A stretch of 64,000 nt of DNA from Phycisphaerae bacterium (GTDB taxonomy: Bacteria > Planctomycetota > Phycisphaerae > UBA1845 > Fen-1342): positions 223,261-287,260 of the forward strand of contig CAXXWX010000016.1 in NCBI GenBank assembly GCA_963675745.2, given 5' to 3'. Of the stretch, positions 59,590 through 64,000 are shown piece after piece; within the stretch, counting starts at the first letter, position 1; the number at the start of each line of letters is the position of its first letter. The position numbers were made by a program, and so were the translations under genes. The notes below the pieces were generated by a model. The model had not been told where the DNA came from. It worked only from the letters and a program-made list of their open reading frames with translations, and searched no databases.

Positions 59590-60996
59590 ATGTCCGGCAG
59601 TAACAGACAGCGCACTTTGACACGCAGGGTTCTGAGTTCACGACGCGATGGCTGAGTCTCCGGGCCGCGGCAGCAGCAGTGGTCGTGATCCTCGCTCACA
59701 AGCGGGCCAGCCTGGACCGCCCAGGGCCCGCCACCCCACTCAGCCCGCATCCCCCACCGCGACCCGGACCGACACCGAGTGGGTGGCGGAGGTGGCCGGG
59801 AACAACGTGTACGTCCGCAGCGGGCCGAGCGCGAATCACTATCCCGTTCTCAAGCTCAACGCCGGCAGCACAAGGTGACCATCGTCGGGCGCCAGGCGCC
59901 TTGGTACGAGATCAAACCGCCGGCCGAGGCCCAAAGCCTGATCCACGAAAACTACGTCGATACCGTGAACGACAAGGACGGCGTGGTCAACGGCGACAAC
60001 GTCCGCGTGCGGGCGATGTCCAACCTGCCGGAGTACGGCAAGCAACGCTCGAAGGTGCAGACCAAGCTCTCCAAAGGGGCGGCCGTCACCATCCTGGGCA
60101 AGACGGACGACGGCTTCCTCTGTATCGCCCCACCCCCGGGCGTTACCCTCTGGGTGCATGAGGACTTCATCGCGCAACTGCCGCCCGGTACACCTACCCC
60201 GACCACAACCCCCGCGGAGCAGATGGACTCCACCTTGATCCCCAGCACGAAACCGGCCTCGGGGCTGACTACCGAAGAATCCGCCGCGCAGCCTACTCTC
60301 GAAGCGCCGAAGACCCCGCTGACGGCCGTGGACGTTACGCCCCAGCGTAAGGAACTCGAAGCGCTTGACGTGGAGGCCCGGGCGGAGCTGGCCAAGCCGG
60401 TCACGGAGCGCAAGTTCAAACCGCTGCTCGCCCGCTATCAGGTTTTGGCTGAGCAGGAGGAAGACACCTTCGCCCGCGAGTACGCCGAGAAACGCGTGCG
60501 GCAATTGACCTACCTGGTCGAGGTGGCGGAGTCGTCGCGGCGGATGCACGAGCTGATCGAGGACGTGGAGAACCAGCGGCGAGAGTTCATCGAAGCGCGG
60601 GCCAACCTGCCCGCGGCGGTGCCGCCTATCCCCGGCGGTTTCGACGCGCAGGGCGAGGTGCGCATCAGCGCCGCCTATCCCCCCGGAGCCCAGCCGGAGC
60701 GCTATCGCCTGGTCGATCCCGATTCCACCGGCGGCTTGACCGTCGGTTACCTCGAGATTCCGCGCGGTTCCAAGATCTCCGCCGCGGACTTCATCGGCCG
60801 CTACGTGGGAGTGCGAGCCTCGGCACGCAAGCGACTGCACGGCGCTTCCACCGATATCATCCCCGTCTACGTGGTGAGCGAACTGGTCGCCCTGCAACCG
60901 GCGTCCTCCACCAAAGCCGACCCCCGAGGAAGAACAGGAGTAGCGGCCGCTTGCCGAGTTCCGTTGCCCCCGCCGACTCAGGGGAACCACCCTTAA
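59590..60996 (+). pseudogene. Secreted tandem bacterial SH3-domain protein, frameshifted in this sequence
   Basis: NVYVRSGPS (frame of ORF 59648) continues as KVTIVG..WYEIKPP..NVRVRA (frame of ORF 59779); the signal-like segment is in a third frame. Confidence 0.65.
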
Positions 60997-61051
60997 CCCG
61001 GGCACCCCTCAATCAGGGGCGCCCCCCCTAAGGAGCACAAGTACAAAGACT

Positions 61052-61222
61052 ATGAACGTAAGGATGCAGAAGCTGATGCGCCGCGCCATGCCGTTCCTGG
61101 CCGCTGGGATCCTGCTGCAAACGGGCGGCTGTGACGTAGGCGGCATCGTAGGAGGCTTGGCAAGCACGCTGGCCGGCGCCGTCCTCAGCGACCTGATCTA
61201 CGGCAGCTTCGGCCTGCTGTAG
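61052..61222 (+). CDS. Small 56 aa lipoprotein-like membrane peptide, absent from the ORF track
   Basis: MNVRMQKLMRRAMPFLAAGILLQTGGCDVGGIVGGLASTLAGAVLSDLIYGSFGLL; AAGGAG upstream. Confidence 0.6.
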   Translation: MNVRMQKLMRRAMPFLAAGILLQTGGCDVGGIVGGLASTLAGAVLSDLIYGSFGLL

Positions 61223-61415
61223 CGGCCGCCCCCCGCGGCGGCCGTCTGCGTAGGGTGCGTCCCGGGCGCACCTTACTTATGCTTGGTCATGATTGCTGCG
61301 GAATGCATGGCGGCGCTGCGCTTGACCATGCCACCCAAAGCAGGGTGCGTCCCATTGCGCACCTGAAGAGAATTCAGAATGGCGACGTCAGAAGGCAGGT
61401 GCGCCTAGGTGCACT
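61219..61415. repeat. REP cluster
   Basis: GTAGCGGCCG-type 61219-61244, GTAG-REP 61250-61272, REP-M 61306-61336, degenerate copies beyond. Confidence 0.85.
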
Positions 61416-61516
61416 TGTTGGGAACGGCAAGCTTGCGGGCTATGCGCTCCCCCGCCCCAAGATGCGGGGCACCCATGCCGCTGATCGCCTCGTAAATAGT
61501 AATCCGTAATTAGTAA

Positions 61517-62551
61517 TTGCCTGGTTCGTCATGCGGAGCGTCGCTGGCAACCCCGATCCCTCACGCAACTGTCATCGGCGACGGCGCGATGGGGACGCTC
61601 TGCGCCCTGCTGTTGGCCGAACGCGGCACGCGGGTAACTCTGTGGAGCGCCTTCGCTCAGCAAGCTGTTGCCTTGCAAGCCGACCGCGAGAACAAACAGT
61701 TCCTCCCAGGCCATCCGCCCTGCCCGATTCGATCGAAGTCACCAGCGATGACCGTATCGCCTTCGCCGCCAAGCCCGACCTGATCGTCTCGGCCGTCCCC
61801 TGCCAGTACCTCCGCCCCGTCTGGACCCGCCTCGCCCCGCACGTCCCCGCCGCGGTTCCGGTCGTAAGTGTTACCAAGGGCGTCGAGATCGAAACGATGC
61901 TCCGCCCGACTGCGATCATTAAGAGCTGTGCCCCGGTCGGGAGCGCCGGTCTGCCTCTCCGGCCCCAGCATCGCCCCGGAAATCGCGGAACGTAAGCCCG
62001 CAAGTGTCGTGGTGGCGGCCGAGGACGAAACCCTCGCCCGTCGCGTGCAGGAGGGCATGAGCACGAGCTACTTCCGCATCTACACCAGTGCCGATCTGCT
62101 CGGGGTGGAGCTGGCCGGCGCCGTTAAGAATGTAATAGCACTGGCCGCGGGCATGTGCGACGGGCTCGGCGCCGGCGTCAACACCAAGGCCGCCCTGCTC
62201 ACGCGCGGGTTGGTGGAGATCACGCGGCTAGGCGTAGCCCTCGGCGCCCAGGCTGAGACCTTCCGCGGCCTGGCGGGCGTGGGCGACTTAGCTACGACTT
62301 GCTTCTCCCCGGTAAGCCGCAACCGCACCGCCGGCGAACGCCTCGGAAAGGGCATGACCTGCGAAGAAGTGATCGCCTCGACCACGTCGGTAGTCGAGGG
62401 CATTCCCACTACGAAGGCATTATTAGAGTTAGCCGCCCGCCACGACGTAGAGATGCCGATCACCGAGGCCGTCGCGTCCATCCTCTTTGATGACGTCCGC
62501 CCCCAGGAAGCCATCACCCGCCTGATGACCCGCCGTCTGCGCCGCGAATAA
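61517..62551 (+). pseudogene. gpsA: NAD(P)H-dependent glycerol-3-phosphate dehydrogenase with two frameshifts (near 61715 and 61940); start uncertain
   Basis: VIGDGAMGT, AVP..SVTKG.E and LSGPSIA..KNVIA..GDL..T.SRN lie in three successive frames. Confidence 0.88.
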
Positions 62552-62695
62552 CCTGCCACAACCCGCACGGATGAAGTGACACCGCCCGGCAGGGGGCAAG
62601 CGTAGACCACGCACGATTCGACGGGAGTCCGCTCAGCTTCCCCGTACGGCCGAGGCGAACGGCTGCCCAAGCGAACGGTGTTGATCTGGAGGGTG

Positions 62696-63550
62696 TCAGG
62701 CGTCGCGCTCAGCGTCCTCGTTGGGATCCTCGACGGCTTCCGCGCCCGCACTTGTGTCGGAATCAAGGTCGGATCCAGCAGCCGCAAGCTCCTCGACGTC
62801 CGACGGAGGCACCGCGTCATCCTCCTCCGCCTCCTCCAGCTCCACCGGGCTAACGAAACCGCAGCGCTCACAGATCTCGGCCAGGATGGGCTTGAATTCC
62901 TTTATCACGTAGTCATCGAGCCGGGCAATGCCCTTGCCGCCTTCATACTCGAGCTCCACCCAGCCCCGCCTCTTGTAGTCCTCGCCGTGCAAAGCTCGCA
63001 TGGCCGAAAAGGCAATCACGGGGTGCCCGCGGAGCTTGAGGCCCTCTTCGGACAAAATGGCGCGCGTGGTGAGCACCCTAATGAGATGAATGATAAACAC
63101 CAACGCCAGGGCGCTAAGAACGTAGGCAATCCACTGCTGCATGCGGATGTCCATCTCGGTATGCCGGCCGTCGTCCCAGCCCCACGGCTGCTTAACCCCC
63201 ATCTGCGAATCGCGCCACAACACGCCGCCGGGGCCGAAGAAGTAGACCTTAGACCCATGTTCGAGCGCAGGCTCCCCCAGTTCCGCCTTCAACTCCGCCA
63301 GGCTGGGCGCCAGACTCTGGAACTTGTCCTGCAGCTCCAGCGCCCGCGCCCGGGTGATCGTCGGGTCGATCTCGGGCAACTGCTCCGCAGTGAGACCAAG
63401 CCCATCCACGCAGTACCTTCTTACGTTATCCCGGGCATACCCCCCGAATCCGTCGAGCAGATAGGCGATAGCGAAGGCGCCGAACAGCAGCACCATGAGT
63501 CCTGAACGCACTATGCGTTCCGTCGTGGTTCCGGAATGGATGGGCCTCAT
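62696..63550 (-). CDS. Hypothetical two-TM membrane protein with acidic tail
   Basis: Two hydrophobic segments; D/E-rich C-terminus. Confidence 0.7.
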   Translation of the reverse strand: MRPIHSGTTTERIVRSGLMVLLFGAFAIAYLLDGFGGYARDNVRRYCVDGLGLTAEQLPEIDPTITRARALELQDKFQSLAPSLAELKAELGEPALEHGSKVYFFGPGGVLWRDSQMGVKQPWGWDDGRHTEMDIRMQQWIAYVLSALALVFIIHLIRVLTTRAILSEEGLKLRGHPVIAFSAMRALHGEDYKRRGWVELEYEGGKGIARLDDYVIKEFKPILAEICERCGFVSPVELEEAEEDDAVPPSDVEELAAAGSDLDSDTSAGAEAVEDPNEDAERDA

Positions 63551-63920
63551 AAAATCCGCTCCCAGCAGCACGCTTCTGATTGCAGCAGGTTCGACCCCAC
63601 GCCCCGACCACCCGGGCTCTAGCAGGGCTATCATTCCAGCCCCGACGCGACGATGCAAGCCCCAGCCGCCCCGCAACCCGAACTTGAGGGGATGAGACAC
63701 CGGTTGCGGACCCGCCCCCGTCCTCCAATAATCGGCATGTTCGCTTGAGTTCTGGACCGAATGCCCTGAAGTAGGACTGGTCACGGGGCGAGATCCGGGG
63801 GCGATCGGTGGCGGCGTCTTTGCGGCCGTGAGGATGCCTCCAAGGCCAACCCGTGCGGGACCCTACCGCCCCCGCGGGTCTTGGCAGCCTCCGTCCGGCC
63901 TGAGAACGGGACACCCACTG

Positions 63921-64000
63921 ATGGCCACAGATGGTTCCAACCTCCGCTGCCGTGCGATCATCGGGTTGGAGGTCCACGTCCAACTTCACACCGAGAGCAA
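63921..64000 (+). CDS. gatB: Asp/Glu-tRNA amidotransferase subunit B, 3' partial
   Basis: MATDGSNLRCRAIIGLEVHVQLHTES matches the GatB N-terminal IGLEVHVQL motif. Confidence 0.85.
   Translation, partial: MATDGSNLRCRAIIGLEVHVQLHTES

Overview
High-GC bacterial chromosome segment, probably a planctomycete of class Phycisphaerae (inferred from the secreted beta-helix protein with a dockerin-like tail and the style of the hypothetical genes). Most genes are housekeeping or metabolic: ychF, der, rmlC, glyA, nadA, hpt, trpA, pfk, pabB/pabC, gpsA, gatB. Five things stand out. (1) A ~14.5 kb minus-strand acyl-CoA cluster joins an archaeal-type HMG-CoA synthase/thiolase/DUF35 triad to a methylglutaconyl-CoA hydratase-like crotonase, a three-part biotin-dependent (de)carboxylase, an ADP-forming acyl-CoA ligase and two CoA-transferase-GNAT fusions. 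(2) The intergenic DNA is densely filled with several REP-like hairpin families that form fixed hetero-doublets. Many sit inside CTAG-ended MITEs, which form end-to-end trains, supply the TAG stops of neighbouring genes and in one case interrupt a gene. (3) An IS630 has inserted into one of these repeat units. (4) There is a coupled three-gene PemK/MazF module. (5) There is a candidate ~175 nt rod-shaped ncRNA. No CRISPR array, tRNA, rRNA or REP-associated transposase was seen. All calls come from reading the sequence by eye; no database search was run.
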